A stretch of 42,305 nucleotides of DNA, from assembly GCA_046597055.1 (NCBI GenBank), contig JBKJLC010000150.1, positions 1 through 42,305 of the forward strand, in the 5' to 3' direction. Every line of letters begins with the position of its first letter. Position 1 is the stretch's first letter. Below, piece after piece: positions 16,684-30,785 of the stretch. The notes beneath the pieces were generated by a model. That model made no database searches. It was not told the DNA's origin and was given only the letters and a program-made list of their open reading frames with translations. The stretch is from Kofleriaceae bacterium (lineage in GTDB: Bacteria; Myxococcota_A; Polyangia; Haliangiales; Haliangiaceae). The translations under genes were made by a program, and so were the position numbers.

Positions 16684-17721
16684 TCAGGGCAGCCCGCTCT
16701 GGATGTACGCGCAGGCGACCGCGTCGTCGGAGCCCTCGTCGGGCGGACAGCAGACGTCCTGGCCGCCCAGCTGGTCCGTGTGGAAGCAGATCTTGGCGCC
16801 CTTGCTCGGATAGTAGTAGAGCCAGAAGAAGCACATCTCGTCGTTGGCGTGCTCGCCGAACTCGATGGGCTGTCCGGTCGTGTTGCGGTAGTCGCACGAG
16901 AAGCGGAAGCCGCCATCGGACGGGATCTGGAAGGTCGGCTGGTGGAAGATCGTCTCGGGCTCGTCCCAGGCAAAGTTCTCCGGCGCGTACACTGACCGGC
17001 CCGGGTCGGCCGCGTTCGGGGTCACGGCGACGGCGACGTTGGTGCCCATCTTGTGGGTGTGACCGGTGATCGCGAACACGTGGGAGCCCGCCAGCGACGG
17101 CGGGAAGGGCAGGTAGACCGGACCCACCGTCTGCGTCGGCGGCGGCAGGGTGCCGTGCAGCTCGATGTCGGGGGTGCCGGCGAACAGGAAGTCGGCCTCG
17201 ATCGTCGCCTCGAGCGTGGTCCGGAACTCGGCGGTCGCGCGGATCTCGATCGGCGCGTCGCCCGTGTTCACGTAGTGCATCTCGAGGCGGACCAGCTGAT
17301 CCTCGGGCAGGGTGAACGAGACGCCGGCGGGCAAGGTCAGCGTCTCGGTGGCGCGCTGGGTGACCATCAGCGGCGCGCCGTTGGCCGGATCGAGCGTGCC
17401 GATGAAAGGCTCGCAGTCGGTCGGGGTGGTGACCTCCGGCCCGGGCGCCTTCCGATAGATGATCAGGTGGTGCGACGCCAGGCCGAGATCGTTCGCGATC
17501 TCGTTGACGTGGATCGGCCCCGGGTTGCCGATCTTGAGGTCGACACACTTGGTGCCCTCCTCGCCGGGTTGGGCCGTGTAGGGCCCCCAGGTGACCCGGT
17601 AGGTCCCGGTCACGTAGTTCGGTGCGTCGATCCCGACGGTGTCGTCCCCTCCGCCGCCGCCACCACATCCCAGCAACGTCGCGAGCGAGAACAAGGCGCA
17701 GCCAAGCGAAGCAGATCGCAT
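16684..17721 (-). CDS. Copper type II ascorbate-dependent monooxygenase-like (PHM/DBH fold) lipoprotein
   Basis: AGGAG RBS; lipobox LLGC; CuH-type SHHLIIY and EMHY; CuM-type GHTHKMG and DEMC. Confidence 0.85.
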   Translation of the reverse strand: MRSASLGCALFSLATLLGCGGGGGGDDTVGIDAPNYVTGTYRVTWGPYTAQPGEEGTKCVDLKIGNPGPIHVNEIANDLGLASHHLIIYRKAPGPEVTTPTDCEPFIGTLDPANGAPLMVTQRATETLTLPAGVSFTLPEDQLVRLEMHYVNTGDAPIEIRATAEFRTTLEATIEADFLFAGTPDIELHGTLPPPTQTVGPVYLPFPPSLAGSHVFAITGHTHKMGTNVAVAVTPNAADPGRSVYAPENFAWDEPETIFHQPTFQIPSDGGFRFSCDYRNTTGQPIEFGEHANDEMCFFWLYYYPSKGAKICFHTDQLGGQDVCCPPDEGSDDAVACAYIQSGLP

Positions 17722-17813
17722 GTAGGGACTCCTCCTGGCGGCGGAGTATGAGGCGTCGTCAGGTCACCTGCATAGCCTCTTTTTGCCAGGGGATCACAAT
17801 GTGCGCCGGGCGC

Positions 17814-18122
17814 TCACGGCGGACGGCACCGGCCCATGTTGTTGCAGGTCCATCCGGTCGGGCACTCGGTGGTGCTGCCCGGCGTGCAGCCCTTGGTGCA
17901 GACCGGCGTGGGCAGCTGGCTGAAGTTGTAGCAGTACGCGGTGGCACACGAGGCGGTGCACGGCGCGTCGTCGCCGACCGTGCAGGTGACCGTGGTGGTC
18001 GGCAGTGCACAGGCCGCGACCGCGGCGTCGACCGCGCCGGCGGGGGGAACGTCGTCGCCGCCGCAGCCCGGGGCGGCCAGGGCGATCGCCAGGAGCATCA
18101 TCGCGCGTCGAAGGTGGCCCAT
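17814..18122 (-). CDS. Small Cys-rich lipoprotein
   Basis: MGHLRRAMMLLAIALAAPGC lipobox followed by ten more Cys in ~65 residues. Confidence 0.75.
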   Translation of the reverse strand: MGHLRRAMMLLAIALAAPGCGGDDVPPAGAVDAAVAACALPTTTVTCTVGDDAPCTASCATAYCYNFSQLPTPVCTKGCTPGSTTECPTGWTCNNMGRCRPP

Positions 18123-18211
18123 GGTCTGGTTGTATCCCGGCCGCCGCGCCGGTCGGGTTACATCGCGATGACAGCAGGAGACCGCGCCGCTCGTGTAAAC
18201 ATCCAACGTTC

Positions 18212-19249
<1,038 letters not shown>

Positions 19250-19261
19250 TTCGCTCGGCGG

Positions 19262-19558
19262 TCAGCACACCTCGACGGTGGTCACCCCGCGCCACTCCGC
19301 GTGCAGGCGCTCGACCTCGCTGATCTGGAGGTAGCCGAGCGCGGCCGCGCACTCGCCGATGCGGACCGCGGGATGGCGGTCTTGCAGCTGGAGCGCGCGG
19401 AACAGCTGGAAGCGATCGATGGCCGCGCGCTCGACCAGGAACTCTCCGAACGGGACTTCCTTCAGGCCGTCTTCGACGACCTCGATCCCGGCGGGCGCAT
19501 AAACGAAGAAAGCGTGGAGGTCGCGAGGATGGGCGGCGCTGGTGCTCAGGGTTTCCAT
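19262..19558 (-). CDS. Stand-alone MshEN-like domain protein (98 aa)
   Basis: AGGAG RBS before ATG 19558; PFGEFLVERAAIDRFQLFRALQLQ and RIGECAAALGYL match the spacing of the tandem MshEN motif. Confidence 0.7.
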   Translation of the reverse strand: METLSTSAAHPRDLHAFFVYAPAGIEVVEDGLKEVPFGEFLVERAAIDRFQLFRALQLQDRHPAVRIGECAAALGYLQISEVERLHAEWRGVTTVEVC

Positions 19559-19734
19559 GGTGCTGGCTCCTGGCCGAACCTCGAGCAGTTCCCGTACCAT
19601 CCACAGCGCCGCGTGGCGTCGCCCACTTGGCTCCACTCCGTCCGGGAGCCGGCCGCCATGGCTACGGGTCTGGCCAGTGTGTGCAGGCGCCACGTGGCAC
19701 GTTCGTGCCGTAACTTTGGTTCGGAGCCCACCTG

Positions 19735-20985
19735 ATGCATCGATCTGTCCTGCCCGTGCTCGCTCTGGGTCTCCTGCTCACCGCGTGCCGGCGCGCGCCG
19801 CCGCCCGGCGGTGGTAGCGGACCGATTCGCACCGAGCCGGCCGAGCCGCCGGCGCCGCCGCCGCCGCTCGCCGCCGCCTCGGATGCGATCGCGCCGGCCG
19901 CAGCCGAGCTGGGCCCGCCCTCGGACACGCTCGGCGCGCCGCCGGCCGCGCTCGCCGCGCGGGTGACCCTGGCGCCGTTCCTGACCGGCCTCGACCGACC
20001 GATCGCGCTGGTCGCGGTGCCCGGCGACGCCCGCGAGCGGCTGTGGGTGGTCGAGCAGCGCGGCCTCGTCCACGTCGTGGAAGGCGGCAAGCTCACCGCC
20101 GCGGTCGCGCTCGACCTGCGCGGCAAGGTCTCGCGCGGCGGCAACGAGCAGGGCCTGCTCGGCCTGGCGTTTCATCCGCGCTTCCCCGACCAGCCCCGGG
20201 TGTACGTCAACTTCACCGACCCCGCCGGCGATACCCGGGTGGTCGAGTACCGGGTCGCCGGCGACCGGGTCGACGTCGCCAGCGCCCGCGAGCTCCTGGG
20301 GGTCCCGCAGCCCTACGCCAATCACAACGGCGGGCACCTCGCGTTCGGCCCCGACGGCAAGCTCTGGATCGGCCTCGGCGACGGCGGCGCCGGCGGTGAC
20401 CCTGAGGGCGCCGGGCAGGACGACCGGACGCTGCTGGGCAAGATGCTGCGGCTCGACGTCGACGCGACCGACGCCCGGCCCGAGATCGTCGCCAAGGGCC
20501 TGCGCAACCCGTGGCGCTACGCCTTCGATCCGGCCACCGGCGACCTCTACATCGGCGACGTCGGCCAGAACGCGTGGGAGGAGGTCGACGTGGTCCCCGT
20601 CGACCGGCTGACCGGCCACAATTTTGGCTGGAACGTGGTCGAGGCCAGGCACTGCTACGACCGCCGCACCTGCCCGCAGACTGGCTTCACCGCACCGGTC
20701 GTCGCGTACGGCCGCGACGCCGGCTGCTCGATCACCGGCGGCGTCGTGTACCGCGGCGCGGCGCTGCCCGAGCTGGCCGGGACGTACTTCTACGCCGACT
20801 ACTGCACGGCGATCCTCCGGAGCTTCCGCTGGCGCGCCGACGGGATCCGCCAGCACTGGGAGTGGAAGCCCAGCCTCGATCCCGACAGCAAGCTGGGCCA
20901 GATCTCGTCGTTCGGGGTCGACCACGCGGGCGAGCTGTACGTGCTGTCACTGGGTGGCGCTGTCTACCGGCTCACGGCTCGCTGA
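19735..20985 (+). CDS. PQQ-dependent sugar dehydrogenase (glucose/sorbosone dehydrogenase) lipoprotein
   Basis: Lipobox LLTAC; EQGLLGLAFHP; NHNGGHLAFGPDG; GLRNPWR; GDVGQNAWEE; SITGG. Confidence 0.92.
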   Translation: MHRSVLPVLALGLLLTACRRAPPPGGGSGPIRTEPAEPPAPPPPLAAASDAIAPAAAELGPPSDTLGAPPAALAARVTLAPFLTGLDRPIALVAVPGDARERLWVVEQRGLVHVVEGGKLTAAVALDLRGKVSRGGNEQGLLGLAFHPRFPDQPRVYVNFTDPAGDTRVVEYRVAGDRVDVASARELLGVPQPYANHNGGHLAFGPDGKLWIGLGDGGAGGDPEGAGQDDRTLLGKMLRLDVDATDARPEIVAKGLRNPWRYAFDPATGDLYIGDVGQNAWEEVDVVPVDRLTGHNFGWNVVEARHCYDRRTCPQTGFTAPVVAYGRDAGCSITGGVVYRGAALPELAGTYFYADYCTAILRSFRWRADGIRQHWEWKPSLDPDSKLGQISSFGVDHAGELYVLSLGGAVYRLTAR

Positions 20986-21116
20986 ACTCCCGACTCCGAA
21001 ACACGACGAGGGTCCCGGTCGAGTTCGCACCGCTTGCTGCGACTCGACGTCGATGGTTGTGGCGTAGGTGGCGTCTTCGATCTTACCGTCCATGCGGTGC
21101 TTCATCGGAAGTTGCG

Positions 21117-21662
21117 ATGCCTGGCCAGGACCTGTTCTTGATCGTCTTGTACGCGCCGCGCCTCCGGGAGGGCGAGGACTACCAGCGTCCGCTGGAAGCC
21201 CAGGGCTACGAGGTGGTCCGCGCCGGGAGCGTCCAGGGGCTCGCTCGTCACGTGCAGGACGGCGGGGTCGACCTGGTGATTCTCGACGATCCGTCGTGGG
21301 AGCAGACCAAGGGGGCGGTCGTTGCGCTCGACGCCGCGCTGGAATCGGTGCCGCGCATCTGGGTGTCGTCGTGGCCGGACGCGCCGCGGCAGTCGGGCAA
21401 GCTCGGCGTCGACGCCCTGCTGATCAATCCCGACGATGTCAACGAGCTGGTCGCGCGCGTCGTCCAGCTGCTGAGCCCACGCTCGTCGCCGCAGCGGCTC
21501 GGCACCACCTCGCTGCTCGCGCTGGGCTCGAACCCGGCGCTCCCGCGGCGAGCGAACGGCACCGCCCCGTTCGAGACCGTCCCGCGGCCACCGGTCGAAG
21601 ACCTGCCGCAGTGGGACGAGGCGACCGACGCGTGGTCGCCCCGGAAGCTGCCCACAGACTGA
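21117..21662 (+). CDS. Atypical receiver-domain protein with Pro-rich tail
   Basis: LEAQGYEV...VDLVILD...PRIWVSS...GVDALLINPDDVNELVARVVQLL follows the CheY-like fold. Confidence 0.75.
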   Translation: MPGQDLFLIVLYAPRLREGEDYQRPLEAQGYEVVRAGSVQGLARHVQDGGVDLVILDDPSWEQTKGAVVALDAALESVPRIWVSSWPDAPRQSGKLGVDALLINPDDVNELVARVVQLLSPRSSPQRLGTTSLLALGSNPALPRRANGTAPFETVPRPPVEDLPQWDEATDAWSPRKLPTD

Positions 21663-21771
21663 GCCGAGCGAAGCGCGGCGGCCCGGCTGCCGGACCCCGT
21701 GGACATGACAACGCCCGCGGCCGGGGGGCAGCGGGCGCTGGACAGCGGCACGAGCAACGGCCCGCCGGTCG

Positions 21772-24252
<2,481 letters not shown>

Positions 24253-24362
24253 GGATACCTCGTCGGATCGCGACGGTCACGACCCAGATCGAACCTTAGC
24301 GTGGGCGCACGGCGTTGTCGTTGCGCGTTGTGTCGGGAGCGTCGGTGATCGCCGGTCGCGGC

Positions 24363-25202
24363 TCACTTCGTGCGCTTGGCCCCTCGGGAGGCCGCGGCGA
24401 GATGCTCGGACAGGTCGTGGAGGAGCCGCTGGCCGGTCTCGTCCAGGTCTGATGGCACATCGAGGTGGACCGTTACGAAGTGGTCGCCGATCTGACCGGT
24501 CGGACCGACCACCCCCTTGCCGCGCAGCCGCAGCTTACGCCCGCTCGAGCTCCCGGGCGGGATCTTCACCGACGACGTTCCGTCGACCGTGGCAACCTCG
24601 ACCACGGCTCCGAGAATGGCTCGCTCGAAGCCGATCCGCGCATCGGAGTAGACGTCGGCGCCCTTGACGGTGAGCCAGCTCCCGTCCGCGGCCTCGATCC
24701 GCGTACCGGACGCGGGCTCGGCCGGAGCGGCGCCGGGCTGGCCGGCTCGCCACGACTCGTACCCTTCGTCCGGCCGCTCGAAGCGGACCGATCGCCGACC
24801 CGCGCTGCCGCGCTGCGTCGAACCGTCCTGGAACATCTGGGCAAACAGATCGCCGAGATCCCAGACCTGGCCCTGACCGCCGGCCGCGCCGGGGCCACGT
24901 GAGCCGAACTCGCCGAAGCCCGAGAAGCCGCCGGCGGTCGGCTGGCCGGCGCGGACGCGGGCTCCGCCGCCGAGCGCGCGGACCTGATCGTAGCGAGCGC
25001 GACGCTGCGCGTCACCGAGGACGTCGTAGGCGGCGCTGATCTCCTTGAACCGGGACTCCTTGGCCTTGTCGCCGCCGGTCGAGTCGGGATGGAACTCCTT
25101 GGCGAGCTTCCGGTAGACCCGCTTGATCTCGGCGGGCGTGGCCTTGGCGTCCACGCCGAGCGCCTTGTAGTAGTCCACGCTGGGGTCGAAATCGAGCTGC
25201 AT
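24363..25202 (-). CDS. DnaJ-family co-chaperone (no Zn finger; CbpA-like, shortened)
   Basis: DYYKALGV...YRKLAKEFHPD...FKEISAAYDVL J-domain; G/F region; KIPPGSSSGRKLRLRGKG C-terminal domain. Confidence 0.92.
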   Translation of the reverse strand: MQLDFDPSVDYYKALGVDAKATPAEIKRVYRKLAKEFHPDSTGGDKAKESRFKEISAAYDVLGDAQRRARYDQVRALGGGARVRAGQPTAGGFSGFGEFGSRGPGAAGGQGQVWDLGDLFAQMFQDGSTQRGSAGRRSVRFERPDEGYESWRAGQPGAAPAEPASGTRIEAADGSWLTVKGADVYSDARIGFERAILGAVVEVATVDGTSSVKIPPGSSSGRKLRLRGKGVVGPTGQIGDHFVTVHLDVPSDLDETGQRLLHDLSEHLAAASRGAKRTK

Positions 25203-25223
25203 GGCGTTCCCGGGAAGCGTCGG

Positions 25224-27785
<2,562 letters not shown>

Positions 27786-27878
27786 GGTGCCCCCGTATGT
27801 AATCACGCTGACGTTCCGGGCAACCCCGGGTCGCGATCATGACGGCTTGGGCGAGGCAGCGCGAGCGCGCGCGGTTCG

Positions 27879-28103
27879 TCAGCGGCGGCGGGCGGCGGCG
27901 GCGAGGTACGCGCCCAGGCCGCGGCGGCGGGCCAGCGCCGAGAGATCGATGCGATCGACCTCGATGATCGGCGGCAGGGCGGGGCGAGGTGATCCGGTGA
28001 CGATCGGCAACTCTTCGATCAGGAGCGTGCCGGGCGCGCACGGGTCGGCGGTCTCGAGAGACGAGACAAGGTGGCGGTGGGGCGCGGGCGACGAGGCGAT
28101 CAC
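27879..28103 (-). CDS. Possible small hypothetical protein (74 aa)
   Basis: Fills the gap upstream of clpB, mostly GC-ending codons; no recognisable motif. Confidence 0.35.
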   Translation of the reverse strand: MIASSPAPHRHLVSSLETADPCAPGTLLIEELPIVTGSPRPALPPIIEVDRIDLSALARRRGLGAYLAAAARRR

Positions 28104-28263
28104 GGTCGTTGTACGGACGGTTGGGGAGATCGATGCCCTGACGAGCGATAATTCGCGATTCTTCTCACTGGGAGGGGCAGCGTGAGGCGAACGTAAGCCT
28201 CTGAGATATGGTGGAAGCCCTGACGCAGATCACACCCGCAGGATGATCGCAGGCCCGGCGGCT

Positions 28264-28803
28264 TCACCCGCGGCGGTCGCGGAGCTCGCGGACGATCGCG
28301 GCCTGGTCGGCTGCCGGCAGCCCGGCGACGGCCGGGAACACGACTGCCTCCTCGAGCGCGAGGTGGGCCTCGAACCCGGCGCGGAGCTCGGCGGCGAGCG
28401 GGGCCAGCACCGGTCCCAGCGCGGCGTGACGGGCTGGATCGGCGGCGAGCGCCGAGGTCAGCTCGCACAGGCGGGCGAGCGCCGGCTCGTGATCGGCATG
28501 CTCGACCGCGAGGCGCGCGAGGGCGGCATCGACCACGGGATCACGGCCGACGAGGCGCGGGGTCAGGCTGAGATCTTCGTCCGCCACGTGGAGTGGCAGC
28601 GCGATCGCGAAGTAGCGATGGACCGCGGCCGCGGCCTCGCCGAGCTCGCGGGCGGGTCGGCGTGCGGCGTCCGGGCTCGCGATCACGGCCGCGAGCTCGA
28701 CGAAGCGGCGGATCCGCTGATGGCACGCCGCCAGCGACTCGACGAGCGACTCGCCGCCCGGGGCACGGCCGAGCGAGGTCAGCACGCCGCCAGGCTCGCG
28801 CAC
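28264..28803 (-). CDS. Hemerythrin (HHE) domain protein
   Basis: LAACHQRI; RYF...LHVADED; LAVEHADHE; HLALEEAVVFP. True start may be the GTG at 28785. Confidence 0.85.
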   Translation of the reverse strand: MREPGGVLTSLGRAPGGESLVESLAACHQRIRRFVELAAVIASPDAARRPARELGEAAAAVHRYFAIALPLHVADEDLSLTPRLVGRDPVVDAALARLAVEHADHEPALARLCELTSALAADPARHAALGPVLAPLAAELRAGFEAHLALEEAVVFPAVAGLPAADQAAIVRELRDRRG

Positions 28804-28866
28804 CGGGTTCGACGTCGCATCAAGGACCGCCGCGCCTCGCCGTTCGCTGCGTCGCCACGCCTGGGG

Positions 28867-29991
28867 TCACCCGACCCCTGCGGCGGTCGATCGCGCGCGG
28901 TCCCCGGGATCCGCGACCGCGCAGGGAAGCCGGACCGTGAACACGCACCCCTTGCCCGGGAGGTCGCGCACCTCGATCGTGCCACCGCTGGCGGCCACAC
29001 CTCGCTGACAGATTGCCAGCCCGAGGCCGAGGCCGGTGCGGTCCGCGCCCCGCTGCTCGAACGGCTTGAACAAGGTCGCCGGCAGGCCGGGCGGCAAACC
29101 GCCGCATTCATCTTCCACTTCGATCTGAACCCAGTCGGCTGTCGACGAGGTCCTCAGGACGACGCAGCTGTGAGGGGGCGTGTACTTGAACGCGTTCTGC
29201 ACGAGGTTGGCGACGATCGACGCAAGGATCTGACGGTCCGCTTCGACGACCGCGCCGTTGTCGTTCAACTCGATCGAAAAATGGTGGTTGCGTGTGCTGG
29301 CATCCATCCTCGCGGAGACCTCCACCTCGTCCACGAGATCGCCAACCACGATCCGTTCGGGCCGGGTGAGCCCGGCCTGGAGCCTCACGTCGGCCACCGA
29401 GCGATCGATGAGATGGCGCATGCCCACCAAGCTCCGTTCGAGGATGGCCCCGGTGCTGCCCGAGATCCCGACCGCGCCGCGTCTCAGCGCATCGAACGCG
29501 AGCGAGGCCGTCCCGAGCAGGTTGCGCAGCTCGTGCGCGAAGAAGCCGTGATCCACGGTCGCGGCCCCGGGCCCGCCAGCGTCGACGTTGGCTTCGCGCC
29601 CCCGCTCGTACTCGGTGACGGCGCCGGCAATGGCCTGGTCGAGGCAGAGATTGAGCGCCTTGAATTCCACGGTCGTGATGGTCGTGGCCCGTTCGATCGC
29701 CAGCTCGGTGATCGTCTGGCATACGTCCCCGTAGTCATGGACCACCTGGCCGATGGTGAACCCCATGCGGAGCAAGTCGCTGCCATGCGCCATGGCTGCG
29801 GCGCTCACTGCATCCGTCTCCTCCTTGGCCTCCAGCGTCGAACGCAACGTCGCCGTGAGCTGGTCGAGGAACAGCGGGATCCCCTTCCTGAGCTCGAGGT
29901 CGGTGGGTCGCGGGGCCGAGCGGGCGGCGACCAGCGCCCGGCACCGCTCGATGATCTCCGCGCGGTTCTCCATCACGAACTGGCTCAACAT
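28867..29991 (-). CDS. Cytoplasmic sensor histidine kinase with RsbRD_N-like N-terminal domain
   Basis: No TM; AHG...GFTIGQVVHDYGDVCQTITELA; H-box AHELRN; NLVQNAFKYT; DECGGL; GLGLGLAI. Confidence 0.92.
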   Translation of the reverse strand: MLSQFVMENRAEIIERCRALVAARSAPRPTDLELRKGIPLFLDQLTATLRSTLEAKEETDAVSAAAMAHGSDLLRMGFTIGQVVHDYGDVCQTITELAIERATTITTVEFKALNLCLDQAIAGAVTEYERGREANVDAGGPGAATVDHGFFAHELRNLLGTASLAFDALRRGAVGISGSTGAILERSLVGMRHLIDRSVADVRLQAGLTRPERIVVGDLVDEVEVSARMDASTRNHHFSIELNDNGAVVEADRQILASIVANLVQNAFKYTPPHSCVVLRTSSTADWVQIEVEDECGGLPPGLPATLFKPFEQRGADRTGLGLGLAICQRGVAASGGTIEVRDLPGKGCVFTVRLPCAVADPGDRARSTAAGVG

Positions 29992-30350
29992 GGTGCCTTC
30001 CCGGTGAGCGAGCTCAGGCTCGCCGTGGAAAAACTAGCATGTCGAGGCGCCCACCCCCAGCGCGACCAGCTTCACCAGGGGGGGCGGGGCGCAGCGAACC
30101 GTGGGCTATCCGCAGCCGCAGCAACCGTCGAGCCCCGCGCAGCATCAGGTCAGCGGCCTCGGGCTCGACGGCGCGATCTCCCGCATGCGCGGCGCGCTCG
30201 GCCCCCGGGTCCGGCTGGGCCTCCGATCGGGCGGGCAGGCCTTGGCGCTGCCTGTCGCGCGCAGGCCATCACGTGCCGATAACCCAGGGCTATCCGTCGT
30301 TGCCGCTTTGCGCGCTCGCCGTCACGGGGTTTGCCCCCCAAACTGTTCTC

Positions 30351-30494
30351 ATGGTCCAGGCGTTCTTCGAGCATCTCCGCTATCTGCGTCGCGCCGCCGA
30401 CGAGATCCGGCCGTCGATCCTTTGGCTGTCGCCGTGGCAGGCCCACGCCCACGGCGGTCGCAGTCGGTTCGTGATCGCCCGCGTCGAGCTGTGA
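30351..30494 (+). CDS. Possible small protein (47 aa)
   Basis: MVQAFFEHLRYLRRAADEIRPSILWLSPWQ..., followed by a + strand terminator-like hairpin; no motif and no clear RBS. Confidence 0.3.
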   Translation: MVQAFFEHLRYLRRAADEIRPSILWLSPWQAHAHGGRSRFVIARVEL

Positions 30495-30507
30495 GCCGCG
30501 CGATCGT

Positions 30508-30537
30508 CCCAGGACGGCCCAGGACGGCCCAGGACGG
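30508..30537. repeat. 10-bp tandem repeat x3
   Basis: CCCAGGACGG three times in perfect tandem. Confidence 0.9.
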
Positions 30538-30544
30538 CGCGGTC

Positions 30545-30576
30545 GCGCGTAGGCCGGCCGGCCTACGCGCCCTTTT
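30545..30576 (+). terminator. Intrinsic-terminator-like hairpin
   Basis: Perfect 26-bp palindrome GCGCGTAGGCCGGCCGGCCTACGCGC followed by CCTTTT. Confidence 0.6.
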
Positions 30577-30595
30577 CGCCGCAGCCGGAGCAGAA

Positions 30596-30778
30596 CTAGG
30601 CCGTGGCCGGCCGCTCCGCGCCGCAGTCCACACAGAACGCCTTCTTGGCGGCGCCAGTGCCCTTGCCGCGCTCGGGACAGAACCTGGTTCCTGGCGCGAC
30701 CCGCGCCTTGCAGTGTGGGCACTGCGCCACCGCCTTGGTCGCCAGGTCGGCGCCCTGGTGAACTCGGGGCGGTGTCAC
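30596..30778 (-). pseudogene. Double zinc-ribbon fragment, likely degenerate
   Basis: CPHC...FCPERG...FCVDCG. The second knuckle has Arg (CGC) where Cys (TGC) is expected, and a fourth knuckle is absent. Confidence 0.5.
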
Positions 30779-30785
30779 CCCGCGA

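Noticed and set aside
19695..19708. Sigma-54-like TGGCAC...TGC
   Set aside because: Only 9 nt between GG and GC, one short of the strict -24/-12 spacing.
27786..28260. CIRCE/HAIR operator or riboswitch upstream of clpB
   Set aside because: No TTAGCACTC-N9-GAGTGCTAA, CTTGAGT-N7-ACTCAAG or recognisable riboswitch core was found.
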